Assembly (NCBI GenBank): GCA_041687695.1
Contig: JAWLBL010000027.1
Coordinates: 63,021-127,020, forward strand
Length of the DNA stretch: 64,000 bases
Direction of reading: 5' to 3'
Source of the DNA: Myxococcota bacterium
GTDB lineage: Bacteria; Myxococcota_A; UBA9042; PHBI01; JAWLBL01
The position numbers and the translations under genes are program-made. Below are positions 27,875-37,176 of this stretch, one piece after another (within the stretch, counting starts at the first letter, position 1; each line of letters begins with the position of its first letter). A model generated the notes under the pieces. It was not told where the DNA came from. It saw only the letters and a program-made list of their open reading frames with translations, and searched no databases.

Positions 27875-28527
27875 GGGGTGGGGGCCTGGGGGAGGGGCGG
27901 CAGGAGGTCGGCGCGCAGGGCCGGGTCGGCGAAGGCGGCGTGATCGCCGTCGAGGCGGACGGCGCCGCGGGCGACGGCGTCGAGGGCGCGCGCGTACAGC
28001 GCGTGCTCGGCCGTCTGGATGCGCTGGCCGAGGCTGTCGGGGGTGTCGGCCCGGTGGACCGGGACGGCGCGGCGGGCGATGGCGGGGCCGGTGTCGACGC
28101 CCTCGTCGACGAAGTGGACGGTGCAGCCGGTGAACGGGGCGCCGGCGGCCAGGGCCTGGCCGATGGCGTCGCGGCCCGGGAAGGCGGGCAGCAGCGAGGG
28201 GTGGACGTTGACCAGGCGGCCGCGCCAGCGGGCGATGAAGGCGCGGGGGAGGATGCGCATGAAGCCGGCGAGGGCGACGAGGTCGACGGCGTGGGCGTCG
28301 AGGGCCGCGAGGAGGGCGGCGCACCAGGCGCGGCGGGAGGGGTGGTCGGCCGGGGCGACGACCTGGGTCGGGACCCGGGCGGCGGCGGCGCGGGCGAGGC
28401 CGGCGGCGCCGGGGACGTCGGAGACGACGAGGGCGGGCTGGGCGGCGAGGCGTCCGGCGGCGTGGGCGTCGAGCAGGGCCTGCAGGTTGGTGCCCCGGCC
28501 GCTGATGAGGACGGCGAGGCGTGGCAT
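27871..28527 (-). CDS. purN: phosphoribosylglycinamide formyltransferase
   Basis: AVLISGRGTNLQAL, LAGFMRIL, NVHPSLLPAFPG, TGCTVHFVDEGVDTGP. Confidence 0.96.
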   Translation of the reverse strand: MPRLAVLISGRGTNLQALLDAHAAGRLAAQPALVVSDVPGAAGLARAAAARVPTQVVAPADHPSRRAWCAALLAALDAHAVDLVALAGFMRILPRAFIARWRGRLVNVHPSLLPAFPGRDAIGQALAAGAPFTGCTVHFVDEGVDTGPAIARRAVPVHRADTPDSLGQRIQTAEHALYARALDAVARGAVRLDGDHAAFADPALRADLLPPLPQAPTP

Positions 28528-29540
28528 CACGGGGCCTGGACGACCTCGCCGATGACGGTGGCGGCCTCGCCGGCCGCGGCGAGCGTGGCCTGCACGTCCG
28601 GGGCGGCGTCGCGCGCGACGATGAGGACGTAGCCGATGCCCAGGTTGAAGGTGCGGCGCATCTCGTCCTCGGCGACGCCGGCCGAGCGGATGAGTCCGAA
28701 CAGGGCCGGCTCGGGCCAGGCGCCGTAGTCGAGGCGGACGGCCAGGCCGTCGGGGACGGCGCGCGGGACGTTGTCGACGAGGCCGCCGCCGGTGATGTGG
28801 GCCATGCCGTGGATGGCGTCCCGGTGGGCGTCGAGGGCGTGGAGGACCGGCCGCACGTAGATGCGGGTCGGGGTGAGCATGGCCTGGCCCAGCGGGGCGT
28901 CCAGACCGGGGAGGCTGGCGTCGAGCGGGTGGCCGAGCTGCTCGAGCAGGGCCTTGCGGGCGAGGCTCAGGCCGTTGGAGTGCAGGCCCGAGGAGGGCAG
29001 GCCGAGCAGGATGTCGCCGGCGGCGACGCGATCGCGGCGCATCTGGCGGTCGCGCTCGACGGCGCCGACGCAGAAGCCGGCGAGATCGTACTCGCCGTCG
29101 GCGTACATGCCGGGCAGCTCGGCCGTCTCGCCGCCGAGCAGGGCGCAGCCGGCCTGGGCGCAGCCGGCGGCGACGCCGCGGATGACGGCCTCGGCGGTGT
29201 CGACGTCGAGGCGGCCGGAGGCGAAGTAGTCGAGGAAGAAGAGGGGCTGCGCGCCGAGGGTGAGCACGTCGTTGACGCACATGGCGACCAGATCGATGCC
29301 GACCGTGTCGTGAATGCCCGTGGCGAAGGCGAGCTTGAGCTTGGTGCCGACGCCGTCGGTGCCGCTGACGAGGACCGGGTCCGAGAAGCCCGCCTCCTTG
29401 AGGCCGAACAGGCCGCCGAAGCCGCCGATCTCGTCGAGGACGCCGGCGCGGCGGGTGGCGGCGGCGAGCGGGCGGATGCGGCGGACGAGCTCGTTGCCCG
29501 CGTCGATGTCGACGCCGGCGTCGCGGTAGGTGAGGCTCAT
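28527..29540 (-). CDS. purM: phosphoribosylformylglycinamidine cyclo-ligase (AIR synthase)
   Basis: [54 protein letters not shown]. Confidence 0.97.
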   Translation of the reverse strand: MSLTYRDAGVDIDAGNELVRRIRPLAAATRRAGVLDEIGGFGGLFGLKEAGFSDPVLVSGTDGVGTKLKLAFATGIHDTVGIDLVAMCVNDVLTLGAQPLFFLDYFASGRLDVDTAEAVIRGVAAGCAQAGCALLGGETAELPGMYADGEYDLAGFCVGAVERDRQMRRDRVAAGDILLGLPSSGLHSNGLSLARKALLEQLGHPLDASLPGLDAPLGQAMLTPTRIYVRPVLHALDAHRDAIHGMAHITGGGLVDNVPRAVPDGLAVRLDYGAWPEPALFGLIRSAGVAEDEMRRTFNLGIGYVLIVARDAAPDVQATLAAAGEAATVIGEVVQAP

Positions 29541-29684
29541 GGGCGCGGGTCTCCGGGTGCGAGGCGGCGGGTGTATAGCATACGGGCCGCGGGCGCCGAA
29601 GGAATCCACCGGAGGGGCCGCGACATGGTAGGCTGGCGTGCGCGGCTGGGGTGCCGCGGGGCCGCGGGGCGGCCGGAGGCGACG

Positions 29685-30623
29685 ATGAGGCAGGCGGGTC
29701 GGTGGCGCTGGGCGAGGATCGTGGGGGTCGGGGCGGCGTGCCTGCTGGCGCCGGTGGTGACGGTGGGCTGTGACGCGGGGAGCGTGGCGGACGGCGCGCG
29801 CGTCGAAGCGCCGGGGGGCGTGCCAGCGCGGGCGACCGACGGGCGGCCGTTCTTCGGGGCGGTGGCGGTGGCGGAGCGCGACGACTCGGTGGCGCCGCCG
29901 ATGGCGGCGGGGCGGGAGATCGACCACGCGCGGGCCGCGTGGGATCTGGTGAACGGGCCGTGGCGCGCCGCGATGGTGGCGCGGGACGCCGAGGCGCTGC
30001 GCAGGCTGCTGCACGATCAGTTCAAGGGGACCCTGCCGGGCGAGGACGAGTCGATGGGGCCCGACCTGTGGGCGCAGCGGCGGACGACCGGCGAGGAGGC
30101 GGTCACGGACGTGAAGGTGCTGGCGCCGCGGCTGGAGCTGAAGGGCGGGCCGCTGAACTTCATCACGATCCACTTCGTCGAGCAGGTCGAGACGGAGGCG
30201 GGGTGCCTGCTGGCCGATCGCATCATGAACACGCGGGCCGACGACGGGGGGCCGACGCGGGTCTGGCACGAGCAGGTGGCGAACGTGAGGCCGTGCCTGA
30301 CGCTGGCGCGGACGGAGCTGGCGGCGTTCCACGAGGGGCTGCGCCGGACGATCGGCGGGCCGAACCCCGAGCAGGCGCGGCTGGACGTGTCGAGCCTGGT
30401 GGTGTGGGACTACGGGGTGAAGGTCGACGAGATGGACGTCGGCAAGCTGCTGGGGGGCGGCGGCGGGTGGGTGCGCGAGCGGCTGCTGGCCAGCGAGGCC
30501 GACGACGACACGACGACGGTGCTGGGCGAGACGGGGCTGGTGGCGCTCGAGGGCGGCGGGGCGCTGCTGTACGAGAAGCGGACGGGGCGGTGGCACCTCG
30601 CGGGGGTCTTGAGAGGGCTGTAG
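29685..30623 (+). CDS. hypothetical lipoprotein (possible NTF2-like domain)
   Basis: GGAGG RBS, signal with VTVGC lipobox, [21 protein letters not shown] segment reminiscent of NTF2-like folds. Confidence 0.6.
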   Translation: MRQAGRWRWARIVGVGAACLLAPVVTVGCDAGSVADGARVEAPGGVPARATDGRPFFGAVAVAERDDSVAPPMAAGREIDHARAAWDLVNGPWRAAMVARDAEALRRLLHDQFKGTLPGEDESMGPDLWAQRRTTGEEAVTDVKVLAPRLELKGGPLNFITIHFVEQVETEAGCLLADRIMNTRADDGGPTRVWHEQVANVRPCLTLARTELAAFHEGLRRTIGGPNPEQARLDVSSLVVWDYGVKVDEMDVGKLLGGGGGWVRERLLASEADDDTTTVLGETGLVALEGGGALLYEKRTGRWHLAGVLRGL

Positions 30624-30687
30624 GGTCGGGTACAGTGGGGGCCTGCACGACATCATCGGCGACAACGTCCGCGTGACGGAGGCGAGG

Positions 30688-31122
30688 ATGGGATTCTGGG
30701 GCCGCGGCCACGACCACATCGGCAACTTCAACTTCCGCATCGAGATCGAGGGGCTGGCGTCGGCCCGGTTCAAGGCGATGGAGGGCCTCGGATCGGAGAC
30801 GGAGGTCATCGAGTACGGCGGGTCGGTCGATCAGATCGTCCGGAAGCGCCCGGGGCGCCACAAGTTCACCGACATCACGTTCAAGCGCGGCACCACGGAC
30901 AACCAGGAGCTGTGGGAGTGGCGCAAGGCCACCGCCGAGGGGCGGATCGACCGGCGCTCGGGGTCGATCATCATCTGCGCCGACGACGGCAGCGAGATCT
31001 GCCGCTACAACTTCTTCGACGCGTGGCCGACCAAGTGGAAGGGGCTCGTGCTCGACGCCAAGGGCACGGACACGACGGTCGAGGAGCTGACCATCACGGT
31101 CGAGCGCATCGAGCGGGCCTGA
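30688..31122 (+). CDS. phage tail tube protein (T4 gp19 / eCIS Afp1-Afp5-like), orphan
   Basis: [71 protein letters not shown]. Confidence 0.9.
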   Translation: MGFWGRGHDHIGNFNFRIEIEGLASARFKAMEGLGSETEVIEYGGSVDQIVRKRPGRHKFTDITFKRGTTDNQELWEWRKATAEGRIDRRSGSIIICADDGSEICRYNFFDAWPTKWKGLVLDAKGTDTTVEELTITVERIERA

Positions 31123-31233
31123 CCGCCCGCAGCGGTCGTCGGCCGACCGACGCTGGCGGTCGTCAGGTAGACGGGCGGGCGGCGTAGCTGCTAAGTGGCC
31201 CGGTACGTCAGTGACGAGGCGAGGAGGCCCGGG

Positions 31234-32874
31234 ATGAGGAACGATCTCCGCGACGCGGCCGTGGTCGAGGTCAGGAGCCGCATCGTGGCGGCCTGCATCC
31301 AGCAGGCGGCGCTGCCCGACGGGCTGCCGCTGGACGTGCTGATCAACGAGACGCTGTACTTCGAGCGAAAGCGCCTCACGGCCGACAAGACCAGCCCGAC
31401 CTGGGCGGCGGATCTGGCGTTCTGGGACGACGTGAAGTCGCGCCTGTCTCGGGCCGGCGAGGCCGAGATGCGGCGGCTGCTCGAGCGCATCGTCGACCGG
31501 TTCGTCGGCGAGATCGTCGGCAACTTCAACCCGTGGGTCTACAGCATGGCGACGCGCGTGCTGCCCAAGGGGCTGCCGATGCTGCTCAACGCCATCAGCC
31601 CCAAGCGCCTGCTGACCGAGGGCGGGCTGCCGGACATCGGCGACACCATCCGGATCCAGGGGCAGGTCGGCGCGCTGCGGCGCAGCCAGGAGCGCGGGAC
31701 CGTCATCCTGACGCCGACCCACGTGTCGAACCTGGACAGCCCGGTCATCGGCTGGATGCTCTACGCGGCCGGGCTGCCGCCGTTCACCTACGGCGCCGGG
31801 CTGAACCTGTTCTCGAACCCGATGATCGCCTTCTTCATGCGCAACCTCGGCGCCTACCGGGTCGACCGGATGAAGCAGGCGCCGCTGTACAAGGACGTGC
31901 TCAAGGAGTACGCGACCGTCTCGATGGAGCTGGGGCAGAGCAACCTGTTCTTCCCGGCGGGCACGCGCGTGAGGTCGGGCGAGGTCGAGCAGCACCTGAA
32001 GCTGGGCCTGATGTCGAGCGGACTGCGCGCCTACATCCAGAACCTGCGCAGCGGGAAGGCCAAGCCGAACGTCTACGTGGTGCCGGTCAACCTCAACTAC
32101 CACCTGGTGCTCGAGGCCGAGACGCTCATCGAGGAGCACCTGCGCAAGCTGGGCAAGTCGCGCTACATCATCACCGACGACGAGAGCTCGCGGCCCCGGA
32201 AGGTCTACGAGTTCCTGCGCGCGCTGGTGAACCTGGACGGCAAGATCACCGTGACGGTGGGCGACCCCATCGACCCGTTCGGCAACGCGGTCGACGAGGA
32301 GGGCGAGAGCCTGGACCCGCGCGGGCGGCGGGTCGACATCCGGCGCTACGTGCAGGACCGGGACGGGACCTACGGGCAGCTGCCGCAACGCGACCGCGTG
32401 TACACGACCGAGTGCGGCGAGGCGGTGGCGCGGGCCTTCCGAAGCAACAACGTGGTGCTGACCACCAACCTGGTGGCGTTCGCGATGTTCCAGCACCTCA
32501 AGGCGGTGAACCCGGAGATGGATCTGTACCGCCTGCTGCGGACGGGCGGCGACGGGGCGGGCGTCGAGATGGGGCTGCTGGCCGACCGGGTGCGGCGCAT
32601 CGCCGAGGCGGCGCGCAAGCTGTCGGACCAGGGGCGCATCCGGATGGACGAGACGGTCGCGGGCGGGCAGCCGACGGCGATCATCGCCGACGCGCTCAAG
32701 CACTTCGGGACCTATCACGCGACGCCGGTGCTGGCGCGGCACGGCGACCGGGTGTTCGCCGAGGACATGAACCTGCTGCTGTATTACCAGAACCGGCTGG
32801 TCGGCTACCGGTTCGAGCAGGTGGTGGCCGAGCCGCGGGGCGGCGCGGCGCGGAGCGAGGAGGAGGCGGCCTGA
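31234..32874 (+). CDS. plsB: glycerol-3-phosphate acyltransferase (PlsB/GPAT-like)
   Basis: HX4D motif PTHVSNLD, GAGLNL, LGAYRVDR, FFPAGTRVRSG, LKLGL; AGGAGG RBS before ATG 31234; coupled to gpsA. Confidence 0.82.
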   Translation: MRNDLRDAAVVEVRSRIVAACIQQAALPDGLPLDVLINETLYFERKRLTADKTSPTWAADLAFWDDVKSRLSRAGEAEMRRLLERIVDRFVGEIVGNFNPWVYSMATRVLPKGLPMLLNAISPKRLLTEGGLPDIGDTIRIQGQVGALRRSQERGTVILTPTHVSNLDSPVIGWMLYAAGLPPFTYGAGLNLFSNPMIAFFMRNLGAYRVDRMKQAPLYKDVLKEYATVSMELGQSNLFFPAGTRVRSGEVEQHLKLGLMSSGLRAYIQNLRSGKAKPNVYVVPVNLNYHLVLEAETLIEEHLRKLGKSRYIITDDESSRPRKVYEFLRALVNLDGKITVTVGDPIDPFGNAVDEEGESLDPRGRRVDIRRYVQDRDGTYGQLPQRDRVYTTECGEAVARAFRSNNVVLTTNLVAFAMFQHLKAVNPEMDLYRLLRTGGDGAGVEMGLLADRVRRIAEAARKLSDQGRIRMDETVAGGQPTAIIADALKHFGTYHATPVLARHGDRVFAEDMNLLLYYQNRLVGYRFEQVVAEPRGGAARSEEEAA

Positions 32875-34016
32875 TGCCCCAGCGCGGCTCGAGTCAGACG
32901 GCGACGGTGCTCGGTGGTGGGTCCTGGGGGACGGCGCTGGCGCACGTCCTGGGGTGCCACGGGTACGACACGATGCTGTGGATGCGCGACGACGAGGTCG
33001 TGCGCGAGATCAACGAGCAACACACCAACCGGACCTATCACGGCGATCGGCACATCCACGAGAAGGTGCGGGCGACGTCGAACCTGGCGCAGGCGGCGGG
33101 GCACGCCGAGGTCATCCTGGTGGTGGTGCCGTCGAAGGCCGTCCGGGAGGTGGCGTTCGAACTGGGCGACCACGTCACGGGCGACCAGATCCTCATCAGC
33201 GCGACCAAGGGGCTCGAGGCGGCGCGGCTGACGCGGATGAGCGAGGTGCTGCGCGAGGAGACGTGCGTCCGCAAGGTCGGGGCGCTGAGCGGGCCGAACC
33301 TGGCGGCCGAGGTGCTGGCCGAGCAGCCGAGCGCGTGCGTGGTGGCGAGCCGCTTCGAGGAGGTCATCGAGAAGGCCGAGCGGATGCTGGCCGGGCCGCG
33401 CTTTCGCATCTACGGCAACTTCGACGTGGTGGGCGTCGAGATCGCCGGGGCGCTCAAGAACATCATCGCCATCGCGGCGGGGGTGTCGCACGGGCTGGGG
33501 TTCGGGGCGAACACGCTGGCGATGTTGATGACGCGCGGGCTGGCCGAGATCTCGCGGTTCGGCGAGGCGCTCGGGGCCGAGCCCATGACGTTCCTGGGGC
33601 TGGCCGGGGTGGGGGACCTCATCGCGACGTGCACGAGCGAGCTGAGCCGCAACCACACGGTCGGGCGGCGTCTGGCGCAGGGGCTGAAGCTGGCGGACAT
33701 CCAGAAGGAGATGCACATGGTGGCCGAGGGCGTCTTCACGACGCAGGCGGCGCACCAGCACGCGCGGCGGCTCGGGGTGGACATGCCCATCTGCGAGGGC
33801 GTCTACAAGGCGCTGTTCGAGGGCGCGGCCATCGAGAGCGTGCTGCAGAACCTGATGGCGCGGGCGAGCCGCTACGAGAACAGCTACTCGCCCATCGGCG
33901 AGCCGGCGACCGTGACCGGGTCCATCCTGGACTACGCGACCGCCATCGCGTCGCGCGAGGGCAACGGGCGCGAGGGCGCGGCGAAGGTCGCGCGCAACGG
34001 GGAAGCCGTCTCGTGA
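32874..34016 (+). CDS. gpsA: NAD(P)H-dependent glycerol-3-phosphate dehydrogenase
   Basis: VLGGGSWGTALA, SATKGLE, LSGPNLA, GALKNIIAIAAG, GLAGVGDLIATCTSELSRN, VAEGV. Confidence 0.96.
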   Translation: MPQRGSSQTATVLGGGSWGTALAHVLGCHGYDTMLWMRDDEVVREINEQHTNRTYHGDRHIHEKVRATSNLAQAAGHAEVILVVVPSKAVREVAFELGDHVTGDQILISATKGLEAARLTRMSEVLREETCVRKVGALSGPNLAAEVLAEQPSACVVASRFEEVIEKAERMLAGPRFRIYGNFDVVGVEIAGALKNIIAIAAGVSHGLGFGANTLAMLMTRGLAEISRFGEALGAEPMTFLGLAGVGDLIATCTSELSRNHTVGRRLAQGLKLADIQKEMHMVAEGVFTTQAAHQHARRLGVDMPICEGVYKALFEGAAIESVLQNLMARASRYENSYSPIGEPATVTGSILDYATAIASREGNGREGAAKVARNGEAVS

Positions 34017-35104
34017 GGTGGCGCGATCGGCTGGGCCTCGGGCGCGGCGAGGGCGCGGCGACCCCGTACAGCTATCCCCTCGAGCGGTCGAGCGAGCGGA
34101 CCTACGCCGAGGACTTTCGGGGCGATCTCTTCATCTGGGACATCGACAAGACGTACCTCGTCAGCGAGTTCGACTCGTTCAAGGGGCTGCTGGCGATCCC
34201 GTTCGAGTTCGCGGTCGACAAGCGCAACATCGCCGGCACGGCGGCCCTGCTGCGCGCCATCCGGCGCGGCCACCGCGACCACGACGGCCTCGCGCGGTCG
34301 AACCCGCTGTACTTCGTGTCGGGCAGCCCGGCGCAGCTGCGGCGCGTCATCGAGCGCAAGATGCTGTACGACGGGGTCGAGTACGACGGCATCACCTTCA
34401 AGGACCACCTGGCCATCCTGCGCTCGCGCAAGGTCGCGCGCGTCCGCGAGCAGATCGGCTACAAGCTCAGCGCGCTGCTGCTCAACCGGCGCGAGCTGCC
34501 CTGGTCGGTGCGCGAGATCCTCTTCGGCGACGACAGCGAGTCCGACGCCCTCATCTACGGGCTGTACGCCGACATCGTCGCGGGGCGGCTGCGCGGCGAG
34601 GCGCTGCACCAGACCCTGCTCAAGAACGGCGTCGACCCCGAGGACGCGACCTACGTCACCGGGCTGACAGCCAACCTGCCGCGCGGCGAGCTGGTCCACC
34701 GGGTCTACATCAACCTGGAAAAGCGCAGCGCACCGGCGCGGTTCGCCGCGTGGAGCGGCCGGGTCGTCCCCTGTTGGGACACCTTCCAGATGGGGCTGCA
34801 CCTGCTCCAGGAGCAGCTCATCGACGCGCAGTCGGTGGTGGATCTGGCGCAGGAGCTGGCCAACCACTTCGATCGCGGCCCGATCAGCCTGCTGCGCAGC
34901 GTCACCGATCTGGCTCATCGCGGGCTCGTCCGCCTGTCGACCCTGGACGCCGTGTGGGAGCCGCTGCGCGCGCGCGGCCTGCTGCCGTCGTACCTGTCGC
35001 TGGAGCGCGCGGCCGTCGAGGCCGAGCCGCCCCCCGCCGCGCCGGCCGCCGCCAGCGGCGAGTTCGTCACGCCGCTGGAGCACCTGGCCCTCGACCGCGC
35101 CTGA
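34013..35104 (+). CDS. HAD-superfamily phosphatase, App1/lipin-like candidate phosphatidate phosphatase
   Basis: Motif I WDIDKTY (DxDxT), motif II YFVSGSP, conserved K (GYKL), motif IV LFGDDSESDALIY; GTG overlaps the gpsA stop. Confidence 0.72.
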   Translation: MRWRDRLGLGRGEGAATPYSYPLERSSERTYAEDFRGDLFIWDIDKTYLVSEFDSFKGLLAIPFEFAVDKRNIAGTAALLRAIRRGHRDHDGLARSNPLYFVSGSPAQLRRVIERKMLYDGVEYDGITFKDHLAILRSRKVARVREQIGYKLSALLLNRRELPWSVREILFGDDSESDALIYGLYADIVAGRLRGEALHQTLLKNGVDPEDATYVTGLTANLPRGELVHRVYINLEKRSAPARFAAWSGRVVPCWDTFQMGLHLLQEQLIDAQSVVDLAQELANHFDRGPISLLRSVTDLAHRGLVRLSTLDAVWEPLRARGLLPSYLSLERAAVEAEPPPAAPAAASGEFVTPLEHLALDRA

Positions 35105-35184
35105 GGCCGGAGCCTGTCGACCGCCACGGCGCGGCGTTATCCTGTGGGTGGACCGACGCACTCCCTGGTGACGCGAGCCCACGC

Positions 35185-35685
35185 ATGAACGCGAACCCGG
35201 GTCGCCCCACGCCCTTCGTCGTCGAGTGGTACCGCCCCAGCCAGCGCCGCGCCATCGTGCGCGTGGTGCTGCTGGCCTCGACGCTGGTGACCGTGGGCGG
35301 CCTCACCCTGTCCCTGTCCTTGCGCGCCACGGCCGGCGAGCCGTCGTTGGCCGCCGTCGCCGCCGTCCTCGGCGGGCTGGCCGTGCTGGCCGGGCCGCTG
35401 GTGGCGACGCTCGGCCTGATGCGCATCCTGGTCGACGACGAGTACCTGCTGCTGCGCAGCGACGGGGTCGTCCTGGTGCGCGGACGCGCGCAGACCTTCG
35501 TCGCCTGGAGCGACCTGTCGGGCGCGATGCCCGCGGCCGAGGTCGGCGGCGTGGCGCTCCAGCGCACCGTCGGCCCGCCGCTCATCGTGCGGGGCCCCTT
35601 CGACGACCTGGACCCGGCCACCCTGGCGCGACGCCTCAACCACGTCCGCCGCAAGGCGCTGATGAACCTGCTGCGCCCCGCCTGA
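35185..35685 (+). CDS. hypothetical membrane protein (2 TM plus small beta domain)
   Basis: Two hydrophobic helices followed by YLLLRSDGVVL...FVAWSDL; typical codon usage. Confidence 0.6.
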   Translation: MNANPGRPTPFVVEWYRPSQRRAIVRVVLLASTLVTVGGLTLSLSLRATAGEPSLAAVAAVLGGLAVLAGPLVATLGLMRILVDDEYLLLRSDGVVLVRGRAQTFVAWSDLSGAMPAAEVGGVALQRTVGPPLIVRGPFDDLDPATLARRLNHVRRKALMNLLRPA

Positions 35686-35701
35686 GGACGCGGCGCGCGC
35701 G

Positions 35702-36982
35702 TCAGGCCGGCGCCTTGGCGCGAGGCGGGGTGCTGTGCACGGCGCGCTCGATGTTGGACAGCCGCTCGGTGAGATCCGCCAGGCGGTCGCCGACGTGGTC
35801 GAGCAGCGGCATCAGCAGACGCGCGCCGATCTCGGGCTTGCCGCGGGCGATCTGCTGGAAGCGCGCGCGCGACAGCCCGAAGGCCCGCGTCTTCTCGAGC
35901 GCCGTGACCGTCGCGCTGCGGGCCGACGGCCGCGCCAGGGCCAGCTCGCCGAAGTGGCCGCCCGGGCCGATGTCGGTCAGGTGGGTGTGGCCACGGGTGA
36001 CGCGCACGCGCCCGGACAGCACGACGTAGAACACGTCGCCCGGCTCGCCCTCGGCGCAGATGGTGTGGCCCGGCTCGAAGAAGAGCTCCTCGAGGTAGGG
36101 GGCGATGACCATGCGGTCGGGCTCGCTGAGATCCTGGAACAGGAAGACCTCGCGCATCAGCGACGCGACGGTGCTGGCGACCCGGCCGGCGTCCCCGCCG
36201 GCGGACTCGACGTCGAGCAGGACCAGGCTGACGTTGTCGGGCGCCCCGGCGTCCTGCGTGGCCTGCATCAGCTCGCGCGAGGCGCGCGCGAGGTCGCCCG
36301 CGGCCAGCGCGTTGGCGATGCGCTCCTCGGTGACCACGCGGGTCAGGCCGTCCGAGCACAGCAGCAGCACGTCGCCCGGCGCGAGCCAGACCTCGGCGAA
36401 CTCGACGTCGAGCTCGGGCGTGGTCCCGAGGGCCTGGGTCAGCGTCTTCTTGAAGGGGCTGGCCTTGTACTCCTCGGCGCTGATGTCGCCGCGACGGTAC
36501 TGGGCCATGGCGACCGTGTGATCGGTCGTCAGACGCCACAGCTGGTGGTTGCGCATGAGGTAGGCGCGCGAGTTGCCCACGTGGGCCACGAACGCGTACT
36601 GGTCGACCACGGTGGCCGCGATCAGCGTCGAGGCCATGCGCCCCTTGCCCAGCCGCTCGGCGCGAGCCTGGATCTCGGCCGAGGCCTCGGCGAAGGCCTC
36701 CTCGAAGAAGCGGCCGATCGCCAGGCGGCTCGAGGAGGCGCGATCGCGGACCACGTGCGCCATGCGCTCGCGGAGCAGCGGTGTGCGCCGCCGCAGCACG
36801 TCCAGCGCGATGTCGGCCGGCTCGGGGCCGCCCGTCCCGTCGGCGACGGCGTACAGCGGCACGTCCGCGGCCTGCAGCACCGCGTCCTCGTTCACCTTCA
36901 TCTTGAGCCCGACGTCGCTGAACGCCAGCGCGCGCTTAATCCGCATCGGGCTCGCCACCTCACCGTCCGAGCGCTGCGTCAT
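35702..36982 (-). CDS. PP2C/PPM Ser/Thr phosphatase fused to a cyclic-nucleotide-binding domain
   Basis: SDVG..NED, VADGTGG, AHVGNSRAY, LTTDHT, LLCSDGL, GAPDNVS; then EGEPGDVFYVVLSGRV, HFGELAL, RSATV. Confidence 0.92.
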   Translation of the reverse strand: MTQRSDGEVASPMRIKRALAFSDVGLKMKVNEDAVLQAADVPLYAVADGTGGPEPADIALDVLRRRTPLLRERMAHVVRDRASSSRLAIGRFFEEAFAEASAEIQARAERLGKGRMASTLIAATVVDQYAFVAHVGNSRAYLMRNHQLWRLTTDHTVAMAQYRRGDISAEEYKASPFKKTLTQALGTTPELDVEFAEVWLAPGDVLLLCSDGLTRVVTEERIANALAAGDLARASRELMQATQDAGAPDNVSLVLLDVESAGGDAGRVASTVASLMREVFLFQDLSEPDRMVIAPYLEELFFEPGHTICAEGEPGDVFYVVLSGRVRVTRGHTHLTDIGPGGHFGELALARPSARSATVTALEKTRAFGLSRARFQQIARGKPEIGARLLMPLLDHVGDRLADLTERLSNIERAVHSTPPRAKAPA

Positions 36983-37176
36983 GCGCCGCTCTCCCCGCGT
37001 CACGAGTCGGCCGGAGCGTAGCCCGGACCCCGCCGAAATGACAAACGTCCCGCGCGCCCGACCGGCGGGCCTCCGCCCGGCCCTCGGCGGCCGGCTTCGG
37101 CCGTTGCCCGGCGGGTCGCGAGCCGCTACCTTGCGGGGCCTCACGCTCACCCTCGCCGCTCCTCCCGAGGACCGCC

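Noticed and set aside
30688..31122. Prophage around the tail tube gene
   Set aside because: No integrase, capsid, terminase, sheath or att sites; neighbours are housekeeping genes.
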